From a virus: a stretch of DNA of 64,000 bases. Below, one piece after another: positions 50,176 to 57,686 of the stretch. The stretch is taken from IMG/VR virus record IMGVR_UViG_3300037586_005524, positions 19,221-83,220 of that record; one strand, written 5' to 3'. Numbering within the stretch: the first letter of the stretch is position 1; every line of letters begins with the position of its first letter. Both the position numbers and the translations under genes were made by a program. The notes beneath the pieces were generated by a model. The model worked only from the letters and a program-made list of their open reading frames with translations. It was not told the origin of the DNA and ran no database searches.

Positions 50176-50898
50176 TTAGTGAAGCATGTCCGTAAGTTTG
50201 TTATATAGCTTCGGGCTTATATTGCTTAAATATTTTCTGTCCCCAATAAAATAATGTTCAAATCCATTTGCAAAATATTCTCTTAACGAAGTTGCAGCAT
50301 ATGGCGAATAAAAAAGACCCATTACTATATTTGTTAGTGTTTCATACCCAACTTCTTGATATAAAAACCAATCAAATTTATCATCATATTCTGGCTGAAG
50401 GCAAGTGCTGGGTGGAATATTATACCCTTCGGAGTTTAATAAACTACACAGCCTCTGCCTTTTGCCTATAAATTCTCTTTCGATCTCCCCATCAAAATAA
50501 ATTTCCTCATTCATTAACTCTTCTACTGAGTGTGCTATTTCATGTATAATATCGTCTATCATGTCTTCTTCGTTCGTTTGATCATTGGTGACATATATTG
50601 CATCATCTTTATACAATGCATTAATATTTTTTTTATTTAAAAAGTCAAAATTCCCCACATAAATAGAATCAACAAAGTGCATCAAATGAGAAGGAATCTG
50701 TTTTTCAACATATTTTATTACAGAATCTGTATCAATATCGTTTGGAAGGGGGTCTTGTATATAAAATAGTTTCCCATGTAAAGACTTTTCTTTATTTTCT
50801 TTTAAAACTTTGTTACGAGATTTCTTAATATATTCACTGTCCATTTTGTTTTTATCTTTTTGTTGCTTCTTCTTCCCAAGCTTTTTGACCTTCTTCAA
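50176..50898 (-). CDS. Zincin-like metallopeptidase (true start probably MDSEY)
   Basis: IIHEIAH (HExxH) and downstream REYFANGFE third-ligand motif. Confidence 0.7.
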   Translation of the reverse strand: MKKVKKLGKKKQQKDKNKMDSEYIKKSRNKVLKENKEKSLHGKLFYIQDPLPNDIDTDSVIKYVEKQIPSHLMHFVDSIYVGNFDFLNKKNINALYKDDAIYVTNDQTNEEDMIDDIIHEIAHSVEELMNEEIYFDGEIEREFIGKRQRLCSLLNSEGYNIPPSTCLQPEYDDKFDWFLYQEVGYETLTNIVMGLFYSPYAATSLREYFANGFEHYFIGDRKYLSNISPKLYNKLTDMLH

Positions 50899-51148
50899 CG
50901 TCTAATAAAGCTTGTTGATAACCTCTAATAAAGTTTTCTTCCGCTAATGGTAAAAGAAATTCTGGAAATTCCTTAGCCATTGTTTTAAGAATCATTTCAA
51001 CATTAACTTCTCCATTTTCTGGCTGTTCTTTTTTGCCAACATACTCAATGAGCCACTCTTTCATTTCCGTGTCTGGCTCTAGTGGTTTAAGCAAGTCTGG
51101 GTTTTCATTGTTATAATCATCTTTTACTTCTACATTATTCTCTTTCAT
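50852..51148 (-). CDS. Acidic hypothetical protein
   Basis: 98 aa; GGAGG RBS 6 nt before the ATG. Confidence 0.7.
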   Translation of the reverse strand: MKENNVEVKDDYNNENPDLLKPLEPDTEMKEWLIEYVGKKEQPENGEVNVEMILKTMAKEFPEFLLPLAEENFIRGYQQALLDVEEGQKAWEEEATKR

Positions 51149-51175
51149 TATATACCTCCATTATTCGTTTGTCAA
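51147..51175 (-). promoter_or_regulatory. Consensus sigma70 promoter TTGACA-N17-TATAAT
   Basis: -35 at 51170-51175, -10 at 51147-51152, exact 17-nt spacer; points toward the nuclease and glycan cluster. Confidence 0.8.
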
Positions 51176-51183
51176 TAAAAAAA

Positions 51184-52506
51184 TTAAAGTACTTTTGCTG
51201 CCAATGTCGCAACTTTTGAACGTTCACCTTTAACAAGTGTTATATGGCCAGATAATTCGTAACTTTTAAATTTTTCTATTGCATATGTTAATCCATTTGA
51301 TGTTTCATCTACATAAATGTTATCAATTTGTTCAATATCTCCTGTCAAAACAATTTTGGTGTTTTCTCCAACTCTTGTAATAATTGTCTTAAGCTCGTGA
51401 GCAGATAAATTTTGAGCTTCATCAATTATAATAAAAGAGTTTGCAATAGATCGCCCTCTTATATATGTTAAAGCTTCTATTTCTATTGTACCATCATCTG
51501 TATACATTTTAAGAGTTTCTTTATCATTCCCCATTAAAAATTGTAAATTATCTTGTATGGGCATTAACCAAGGGCTCATTTTTTCTTCCATTGTTCCTGG
51601 TAAATATCCAATATCTTTTCCCATTGGTTGAATCGGCCTAGATACTACTAATCTTCTATATGTGACTGCCGATTGGTCTTCAACAACTTGCGCTAAGCCA
51701 GCGGCAATTGCCATCAATGTTTTTCCACTTCCTGCCTGGCCAACTAATGTAACAATAGGCACATTTGGATCCATTAACAAATCAAACGCAAAATTTTGTT
51801 CTTTGTTTCTTGGGCGCACACTCCATACTCCTTGTTTATGTTCTCCGTTAATTCTTTTTAAAGGTTTCGAATAGTTATAAAATCTTGCAAGCGCTGTCTT
51901 CTTTTCACTTGAATTTGATACAAGCATAATATATTCATTTGGGTAAAGTTTTATTTCGTCTTTTTCTAAATATATTGGCTCGCTATTATAAAATTGTTCT
52001 ATTAGTTCATCATCTACTAGGTGAGTTCGAAACCCTTTATATAAGGCACCTGTATCTTTAACAACTTGGTTTACTGCATAATCTTCACATAATAATCCCA
52101 ATGCATCACACTTAACGCGCATATTAATATCGCGAGAGACCAGAATAACTTTTCGATTTGTATGTTTTTTTCTTTCATTCAGCGCTACACCAATAATTTC
52201 ATTATCAGGGACTCTGAAGTCAAAGTCTTCGGGAAGGTCAGATTTATCGCAACTTTTGGCAAATAACACTCCTTTCCCTTTGCCGATCCTAACTCCTTTG
52301 TATAAACTTCCTTTTTCTCTCAGGGAGTCTAGTGTGCGTATTATACGGCGTGCATTGGATCCAACGCTGTCTTGGCGCTTTTTATGATTATCAATCTCTT
52401 CTAAAACTTTAAGAGGGACTATGATGTCATTATTTTGATAAGCAAATATGGAACTTGCATCAGTTAAATAAACACTAGTATCTAAGACATATATTTTTTT
52501 TGCCAT
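51184..52506 (-). CDS. phoH: PIN-PhoH (PhoH2-like) ribonuclease/ATPase
   Basis: PIN: VLDTSV, EEID, DNEII, SRDINMR.K; PhoH: GQAGSGKT, YIRGRS, IIDEAQN, TGD..QID. Confidence 0.93.
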   Translation of the reverse strand: MAKKIYVLDTSVYLTDASSIFAYQNNDIIVPLKVLEEIDNHKKRQDSVGSNARRIIRTLDSLREKGSLYKGVRIGKGKGVLFAKSCDKSDLPEDFDFRVPDNEIIGVALNERKKHTNRKVILVSRDINMRVKCDALGLLCEDYAVNQVVKDTGALYKGFRTHLVDDELIEQFYNSEPIYLEKDEIKLYPNEYIMLVSNSSEKKTALARFYNYSKPLKRINGEHKQGVWSVRPRNKEQNFAFDLLMDPNVPIVTLVGQAGSGKTLMAIAAGLAQVVEDQSAVTYRRLVVSRPIQPMGKDIGYLPGTMEEKMSPWLMPIQDNLQFLMGNDKETLKMYTDDGTIEIEALTYIRGRSIANSFIIIDEAQNLSAHELKTIITRVGENTKIVLTGDIEQIDNIYVDETSNGLTYAIEKFKSYELSGHITLVKGERSKVATLAAKVL

Positions 52507-52518
52507 AAATCTTCATAA

Positions 52519-52526
52519 TAAATAGT
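52519..52526 (-). promoter_or_regulatory. Candidate phage late-promoter motif ACTATTTA (upstream of phoH)
   Basis: Exact copy 12 nt upstream of the ATG at 52506, at the head of a divergent transcription unit. Confidence 0.55.
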
Positions 52527-52608
52527 TCTTTATATACATTAGAATAAAAAAATAAAAAAAGAACGATTGATATTTTATTTTCATAATTAATTATAGGAGA
52601 AACCTATT

Positions 52609-53412
52609 ATGTTTAAAAAAATAAGGGCTATTATTTTCTTTGTTGTATTGCTTTTGACATTATTTTCTTGTGCACATTGTCAAAAAAACGTTGAAGATAC
52701 ATTACCGCGTGAAGCATTTGTTCATTTGCGCAAAACATTAACAGTCGCATCTTGTAATGATGATCATTGTATATCAATGAATTTTAATTCATCCGCTTCA
52801 GGATTTGTAATAAATAAGCAGAACGATGGGGCTTTTATTTTAACAGCTGCCCATTTTTGTGAAGATTCCATACCTGCATCAAAAGAAGGATCAACCACAC
52901 TTTCTACATACAAAGTAAGAAATTTATATGGAGAAGAATACGATGGCGCGCTCTTACATTACAAACAAGATGTTGATATCTGCCTTATGTTTGTTGCAGG
53001 AATGACAAACGACATAGTAGAAATAGAATTATCGCCGAATGGGCCAACACCAGGTGAAAAAATATTTAATATTGGGGCCCCTTTAAGCATTTTTGGGCCT
53101 GACATGGTTCCTATACTAGAGGGTCGTTTTAATGGAAATCTTGGAGGAAGAGCTTTTTATTCTTTACCGGCGGCGCCGGGAAGTTCTGGTTCAATGATTA
53201 TCAATGAAGACGGTGAACTGATTGGAATAGTTCAAGCTGTCTATATTCGTTTCAATACTATATCCATTTCCATAACTCATGAAGATTTAACAAACTATAT
53301 TGATACTTTTGTAAGCAAATATATATCATATAAAAATGTAATGGAAGAGTTGGGTTTGAAAAATATTTTTATTGTACCTGAACCTGTAGAATCAAGGCCT
53401 GCTCCATATTAA
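52609..53412 (+). CDS. Trypsin-like serine protease, probable lipoprotein
   Basis: LTAAHFC (His), D, PGSSGS (Ser); signal peptide ending LFSC (lipobox); AGGAG RBS; only convincing plus-strand gene. Confidence 0.88.
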   Translation: MFKKIRAIIFFVVLLLTLFSCAHCQKNVEDTLPREAFVHLRKTLTVASCNDDHCISMNFNSSASGFVINKQNDGAFILTAAHFCEDSIPASKEGSTTLSTYKVRNLYGEEYDGALLHYKQDVDICLMFVAGMTNDIVEIELSPNGPTPGEKIFNIGAPLSIFGPDMVPILEGRFNGNLGGRAFYSLPAAPGSSGSMIINEDGELIGIVQAVYIRFNTISISITHEDLTNYIDTFVSKYISYKNVMEELGLKNIFIVPEPVESRPAPY

Positions 53413-53724
53413 TTTTCCAAGTTTGTTCGAAACTTTTTTTAAATCTCTATATGCTCTTAAAGCGGCCATATAATTATCTGTATAGTCGTATAAGTCATCT
53501 TCTGTATACAACAAAAAGGCTGTACAGAATCTTTTAACATAATTTTCATACTCTTTTTCTTTTGTTGGAAAATCTTCAAATCTAAACGAGGATTTTTTAG
53601 CTATTTTATCCCCTACTTTTAAACTAATGAATAATCTTCTAGAATTAACTGGTAATTCTACCTCAATTGTTATATCTCTTGGTTCGCAAACATAGGTGGC
53701 TTTTCTTACTATATTTACAGGCAT
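53392..53724 (-). CDS. Hypothetical protein
   Basis: 110 aa ORF starting 3 nt after the upstream stop, with AGGAG RBS. Confidence 0.6.
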   Translation of the reverse strand: MPVNIVRKATYVCEPRDITIEVELPVNSRRLFISLKVGDKIAKKSSFRFEDFPTKEKEYENYVKRFCTAFLLYTEDDLYDYTDNYMAALRAYRDLKKVSNKLGKLIWSRP

Positions 53725-53727
53725 ACT

Positions 53728-54780
53728 CTAGATCTCCTTAAATAAGTAGGAGTCAAAATATTTCATGTATTTTTTATATGAGTTTCTATGAATATGATTC
53801 ATAGTCGCCGCAACACTACTTAAAAGGGAATTTCCATCTTGTGGCGTAAAACAGAAGCCGGAAATCTCAGTTGTTCCATTTAAACGATTGGTGTGTAAAG
53901 ATGGCACTGAAAGTACAGTGTGATTAAATATCCTCCCGTAGTACCCATGATCTCTACCAAATGAAAAAACCTTATTTGCAAGAGCTTTGTATGTAATCGC
54001 AGTAAATGGATTGCTTTCAAATCTTCTAATAATATCTTTTTCTGCAATGTGTCCTTTTATTTTCATATTAAATCGTATGATGTGCATATATTGAGAATTA
54101 ACTTTCATAGCGCTTGAAAATATATTAGGGCATTGGTTTATTGTTCTAAAAAGATCATATGCATCTCGGGCATGGTGGGTACCAAAATTAAAATCTTTAT
54201 GTTTACCAATTTCCGGAGATGCGATAAAACTACCTTCTTGGCTTATATCGTTGGCACGCCTAATACATACAAAATCTCCTTTTATAAAATCTTTCTGTGT
54301 TGGTGGTATTAATTTTATTAAAGAAGCTATATTATGTGTGTTACAGCTTACAACTTGAATAAAAGATGGCTTTTTATCAAGCACTTCATCATTAATTCCG
54401 TATGCATATGGTACCCCAAAACCCTTTTCGCTCCCTTGCGCTATAAAAGTTTTGCCTGGGTATTTTACGTAATGCTTCTTTTTGTGTACATTGCCAGCGG
54501 GAGTACAGTCAATTACAACGTGCGCCGCCTTTAAAGCTGTTTGGAGATCATATTTTACATCGTGGCCTAATTTTTCGAACGCTGTGACCAGATCCTCGTT
54601 TACAGCTAGTCGTGCGCCTCTTTTTATTAGGCTATCGACTTTTGCCACTTCGTCTATTAGAGGAGTTCTTTTGTGGAAAATCACATGTCCAATATTTATT
54701 TTTTCTCTGAAATCTGCCAACAAGCCAATTAATGGCTCTCCAATTGTGCCTGTGCCAATTATTAAAATGTTTTTTCTCAT
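53728..54780 (-). CDS. Archaeal-type (class II) glyceraldehyde-3-phosphate dehydrogenase-like protein
   Basis: GTGTIG, VIDCTPAG, AQGSEK, QVVSCNTH, IRRAND, HHA.D and MH match class II GAPDH motifs (GYGTIG, D.TP.G, QGGEK, VVSCNTT, RR..D, HH..D). Confidence 0.8.
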   Translation of the reverse strand: MRKNILIIGTGTIGEPLIGLLADFREKINIGHVIFHKRTPLIDEVAKVDSLIKRGARLAVNEDLVTAFEKLGHDVKYDLQTALKAAHVVIDCTPAGNVHKKKHYVKYPGKTFIAQGSEKGFGVPYAYGINDEVLDKKPSFIQVVSCNTHNIASLIKLIPPTQKDFIKGDFVCIRRANDISQEGSFIASPEIGKHKDFNFGTHHARDAYDLFRTINQCPNIFSSAMKVNSQYMHIIRFNMKIKGHIAEKDIIRRFESNPFTAITYKALANKVFSFGRDHGYYGRIFNHTVLSVPSLHTNRLNGTTEISGFCFTPQDGNSLLSSVAATMNHIHRNSYKKYMKYFDSYLFKEI

Positions 54781-54998
54781 TAAGATTTCTTTTTATATTG
54801 TATTGAAACTTCTGATGGTAATACAAAATCAATTTTTTTATTTTTGTTTTTTTGATCTAATAAGGTTAGATATTGGTTTCTATTCCAATTCAAATATTGA
54901 ATTTCTTCGACAAGATAATTTAAATTTTTATATTTAACGAGACTGCCAATATAGATTTTTTTATCATTCTTGTCTATTGCGTATCTTCTTGTTGACAT
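54780..54998 (-). CDS. Small hypothetical protein (SH3/YopX-like beta pattern)
   Basis: DKNDKKIYIGSLVKY pattern; operon-coupled. Confidence 0.5.
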   Translation of the reverse strand: MSTRRYAIDKNDKKIYIGSLVKYKNLNYLVEEIQYLNWNRNQYLTLLDQKNKNKKIDFVLPSEVSIQYKKKS

Positions 54999-55269
54999 TT
55001 TTTTGAGACTTCCTATTGGACTTTTTGTTTTGTGGGGCCGGCGGGTTCCAACATTTCACTCTAAAGACTTCTCCGCCTTTTTGTCCACGCTTAATTTTAA
55101 CAGTTTCATACTTATTTTTAAGCTCATTTCTTTTTGCAGCCGCTTCCTCGAAAGTTAAAAATGTTCCATGTGTAATCCATTTCTTAGTTTTTGCTGTTTC
55201 TGTCATCTTTTTCCTTGTTTGTATCCTCTTCTGCATTTGTAGAAGGAGGCTCCACTGTAAAAGTTGCAA
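54964..55269 (-). CDS. Basic hypothetical protein (true start probably MTETAK)
   Basis: GTFLTFEEA...R pattern; overlaps neighbours. Confidence 0.55.
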   Translation of the reverse strand: MQLLQWSLLLQMQKRIQTRKKMTETAKTKKWITHGTFLTFEEAAAKRNELKNKYETVKIKRGQKGGEVFRVKCWNPPAPQNKKSNRKSQKNVNKKIRNRQE

Positions 55270-55372
55270 CTGCTTCAGCTATAGCACTAGCTTCTTTTAG
55301 ATTATAGGCGCCGCGTGATTGACCAACGGCTGCTGCTTGTAGCAACACCTTTAAAGCTTGATTTTGTTCCAT
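55184..55372 (-). CDS. Small helical hypothetical protein
   Basis: AAGGAG RBS; amphipathic QALKVLLQAA..GQSRGAYNLKEA. Confidence 0.65.
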   Translation of the reverse strand: MEQNQALKVLLQAAAVGQSRGAYNLKEASAIAEAVATFTVEPPSTNAEEDTNKEKDDRNSKN

Positions 55373-55401
55373 TATTTTCTCCTTATTTTAAATAATATTA
55401 T

Positions 55402-56466
55402 TTACATTCCACCTAATAAAGTTAAGGCAATCAGACCAGGAAGTTCGCTTCTAACATATACACCAGAAAATAAAGTATCTGCTCTTCCACCTACATATGA
55501 AAAAGCGGCTTCTAATCGATTACTAACTGCTGGATCGTCAGCCATTTCTGGGGTGGCAATTAAAAGAAGTGCTCCTGTTTTTGATTTGGTTGCTGGTGTT
55601 GGGCAAGGCGAAGATTTTAAACAGCCCTGAAATATCAAAGAACCTAAATCTGTTTTTGAAGGATCCCTTACAACAGTGCTGCCTAATAATATTCTACCTG
55701 GGGTGTTAAGACATCTTTCTAAATCTTTCGAATCAAAAGCTTGGATTGGCGAAGGTTCGTTCGCCAATTTTAGAATTTGTGTTAATAGTTTTGCAAAATT
55801 TTTATTTGCTGCAGGGTACATATTTAACATTCCAACTTTGCCACGTAATAATTGTAATTGTTTTTCATTATCAATTACAATACGTGTATGTTTATTTATG
55901 TCTCTCAATAACATTTCACAATTAGATTTAATTGTTGGATTTAAAAGTTCTTGTGACGATGGAGTACTAACAATATAGACAACTTTTCCACTAGCACCGC
56001 TAGAAGATAAATAACGACTAATGGCTTTATGTAAAACATGACTAGCACTTCCTGTTCCCCCGCCTGCCCCTGCACATACAAATACCCAATCGACTTTACC
56101 AACGCGAGTTCGAAGAGCGTCTTCAACTAATGCACTATTATTTGCTAAAATTTCTTTTCCCAATTTAACATCTTTGCCAACACCATCTGCTCCTGGGATT
56201 AAAATAAAATTCTCTGGATTGACTCCAGATGGTTGATCTTTTTCTGTTGTGTTCACAAGGAGCGTCTTGTTAAACCCAAGATCCATAAATGCTTTGGCTA
56301 ATTTACCGCCGCCGCCGCCAATACCAATAAAAGCACAATTAATTGCACTTGCAGCAGTATTTTCTTCTAGCATTTTTTCATCTATAGATGGCTCATCATC
56401 ATAAGCCTCTACGAAATCAAAATCATTTGGCGGGCTTTCTGGTAAGTCCCAATTTTCTTCACTCAT
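55402..56466 (-). CDS. Tubulin/FtsZ-superfamily GTPase (PhuZ/TubZ/CetZ-like)
   Basis: GIGGGGGK (T1), VNT...D (T2), GADGVGKD...G (T3), GAGGGTGS signature (T4), IDNE, FDSKDL (T7-like). Confidence 0.92.
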   Translation of the reverse strand: MSEENWDLPESPPNDFDFVEAYDDEPSIDEKMLEENTAASAINCAFIGIGGGGGKLAKAFMDLGFNKTLLVNTTEKDQPSGVNPENFILIPGADGVGKDVKLGKEILANNSALVEDALRTRVGKVDWVFVCAGAGGGTGSASHVLHKAISRYLSSSGASGKVVYIVSTPSSQELLNPTIKSNCEMLLRDINKHTRIVIDNEKQLQLLRGKVGMLNMYPAANKNFAKLLTQILKLANEPSPIQAFDSKDLERCLNTPGRILLGSTVVRDPSKTDLGSLIFQGCLKSSPCPTPATKSKTGALLLIATPEMADDPAVSNRLEAAFSYVGGRADTLFSGVYVRSELPGLIALTLLGGM

Positions 56467-56486
56467 AATTACAGTCTCCCTGTAAA

Positions 56487-56494
56487 TAAATAGT
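56487..56494 (-). promoter_or_regulatory. Candidate phage late-promoter motif ACTATTTA (upstream of the tubulin gene)
   Basis: Same 8-mer sits 12-26 nt upstream of several start codons (also 6741, 52519, 58407; variant at 63904). Confidence 0.55.
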
Positions 56495-56514
56495 TAACAT
56501 TTGTGTTATTTCTT

Positions 56515-56895
56515 TGGTGGAGGCGCGGGGAATCGAACCCCGGTCCAAAATAGATTAATTATTTTGTCATTCACAAGAATAGGCACATTCACCGCCGAAG
56601 TGCCAGCCACCTGATAAATCAGGGAATCCATTTACCAACTTAAGGTGTTGGCTACCAAATTTATATAGTTTCCTATATAATAAAAATCCGCTTGCGCGTA
56701 CCACCAGCTTTTTTTAAAACTGAAAACAATTAGTATTTGTTAAGAAAGTCACTAACAACTTCCGATTATGCAGCTAAGGCGTAATCAAATTCAACGTTAT
56801 CGTTGGCATTTATAAAGTTTAAGTATTTTTACTGTGATACTTACACAGTCTTGCACAAAACAATCTCCTTACTCTGTCGAAACCATTTCGCCCCC
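56515..56895 (-). ncRNA. ssrA: tmRNA (transfer-messenger RNA), one-piece, tag ANDNVEFDYALAA
   Basis: 5' GGGGGCGAAATGGTTTCGAC; 3' GGACCGGGGTTCGATTCCCCGCGCCTCCACCA with T-arm, encoded CCA and G3:U alanine identity pair; tag ORF GCC AAC GAT AAC GTT GAA TTT GAT TAC GCC TTA GCT GCA TAA at 56766-56807; 381 nt. Confidence 0.97.
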
Positions 56896-56901
56896 ATACT
56901 T

Positions 56902-57078
56902 TTAAAGAACAAATTCTACGAAGGGTGTTAATTCTTCACACTAACAACGCTAGACTCCTTATAACTGGAAACGGTCTTTCTTTCAACCGTTATTTTACAT
57001 CCCCTTCAAGAGAGTCATTGAAGGTGTTCGTAGTACATTCAAATTCTAGTTTAGCACCTTCGTAGTCTAGAACTTTAA
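56902..57078 (-). ncRNA. Candidate structured RNA / tmRNA leader of unknown family
   Basis: Nested complementarity: 57051-57065 with 56916-56931; 57045-57049 with 56950-56954; hairpins 57003-57024 and 56970-56991; terminal TTAAAG/CTTTAA. Confidence 0.5.
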
Positions 57079-57133
57079 CCTCATTTTTATTAACAACTAT
57101 AATGAACCACACTGGGCTCAAAATATATATATA

Positions 57134-57162
57134 ACTATAATCAATTATATACTAATTGTCAA
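57134..57162 (-). promoter_or_regulatory. Sigma70-type promoter TTGACA-N17-TATAGT upstream of the leader RNA and tmRNA
   Basis: -35 at 57157-57162, -10 at 57134-57139, 17-nt spacer. Confidence 0.8.
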
Positions 57163-57523
57163 GCTTTTTAATATCATTTTCGAAAAAAGTTTCTGTATCA
57201 TACTTTTTAATTAAATTATTAAAGTTCTGCCTCCTCATTCCTAAAAATCTAGCTGCTTCTCTTTTAGTTTTACACGCTGAGAGGGCATATTTTAATACAG
57301 CATCTTGTACAATTTCTTTCATTGATTTCCAGATTGGTAGCCCATATGGCTTTCCACCAAAAACCTTCGAAGCCAATTCTAATTTAAGTCCGATCACTTC
57401 TTCTAATGACAGTCGATTTAACATGATTTCAAATTCTTCAGTTGATTTGTTTTCTTCACGAAGCTTTTTTATCAAACTGTACCGTTCATTTTTTCCTTTA
57501 ATTTTCTTTTTGTTCCAGGTCAT
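57152..57523 (-). CDS. Fis-like helix-turn-helix DNA-binding protein
   Basis: C-terminal VLKYALSACKTKREAARFLGMRRQNF..LIKKY resembles the Fis/HTH_8 motif. Confidence 0.75.
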   Translation of the reverse strand: MTWNKKKIKGKNERYSLIKKLREENKSTEEFEIMLNRLSLEEVIGLKLELASKVFGGKPYGLPIWKSMKEIVQDAVLKYALSACKTKREAARFLGMRRQNFNNLIKKYDTETFFENDIKKLDN

Positions 57524-57623
57524 TTTTCTTCTTAAATTTTCTTCAAAAATCTGATACCCTTGGTCGGGTGGATGGCAATTGATTCTTCAATTCTTTTTTT
57601 CTTTTCCATTCTTTTCACAACAC

Positions 57624-57652
57624 ATTTTATCATTTTTTTTCATTTCTTTAAA
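57624..57652 (-). promoter_or_regulatory. Possible extended -10 sigma70 promoter (TTTAAA-N17-TAAAAT with TGn)
   Basis: TGA-TAAAAT at 57624-57632 in the intergenic region upstream of the Fis-like gene. Confidence 0.4.
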
Positions 57653-57686
57653 GATCTTTTGATCTGATCAATTGGGGGGTAATCTA

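Noticed and set aside
55402-56466. Cellular ftsZ, or proof of a phage nucleus
   Set aside because: No dcw-cluster genes or FtsZ C-terminal peptide; no recognisable chimallin in the window.
56515-56550. tRNA gene suggested by the T-arm and CCA end
   Set aside because: No anticodon arm; the matching 5' acceptor strand is 380 nt away with a tag ORF in between, so it is tmRNA.
57532-57609. 25-codon ORF MEKKKRIEESIAIHPTKGIRFLKKI upstream of the Fis-like gene
   Set aside because: Weak RBS and too short to support without homologs.
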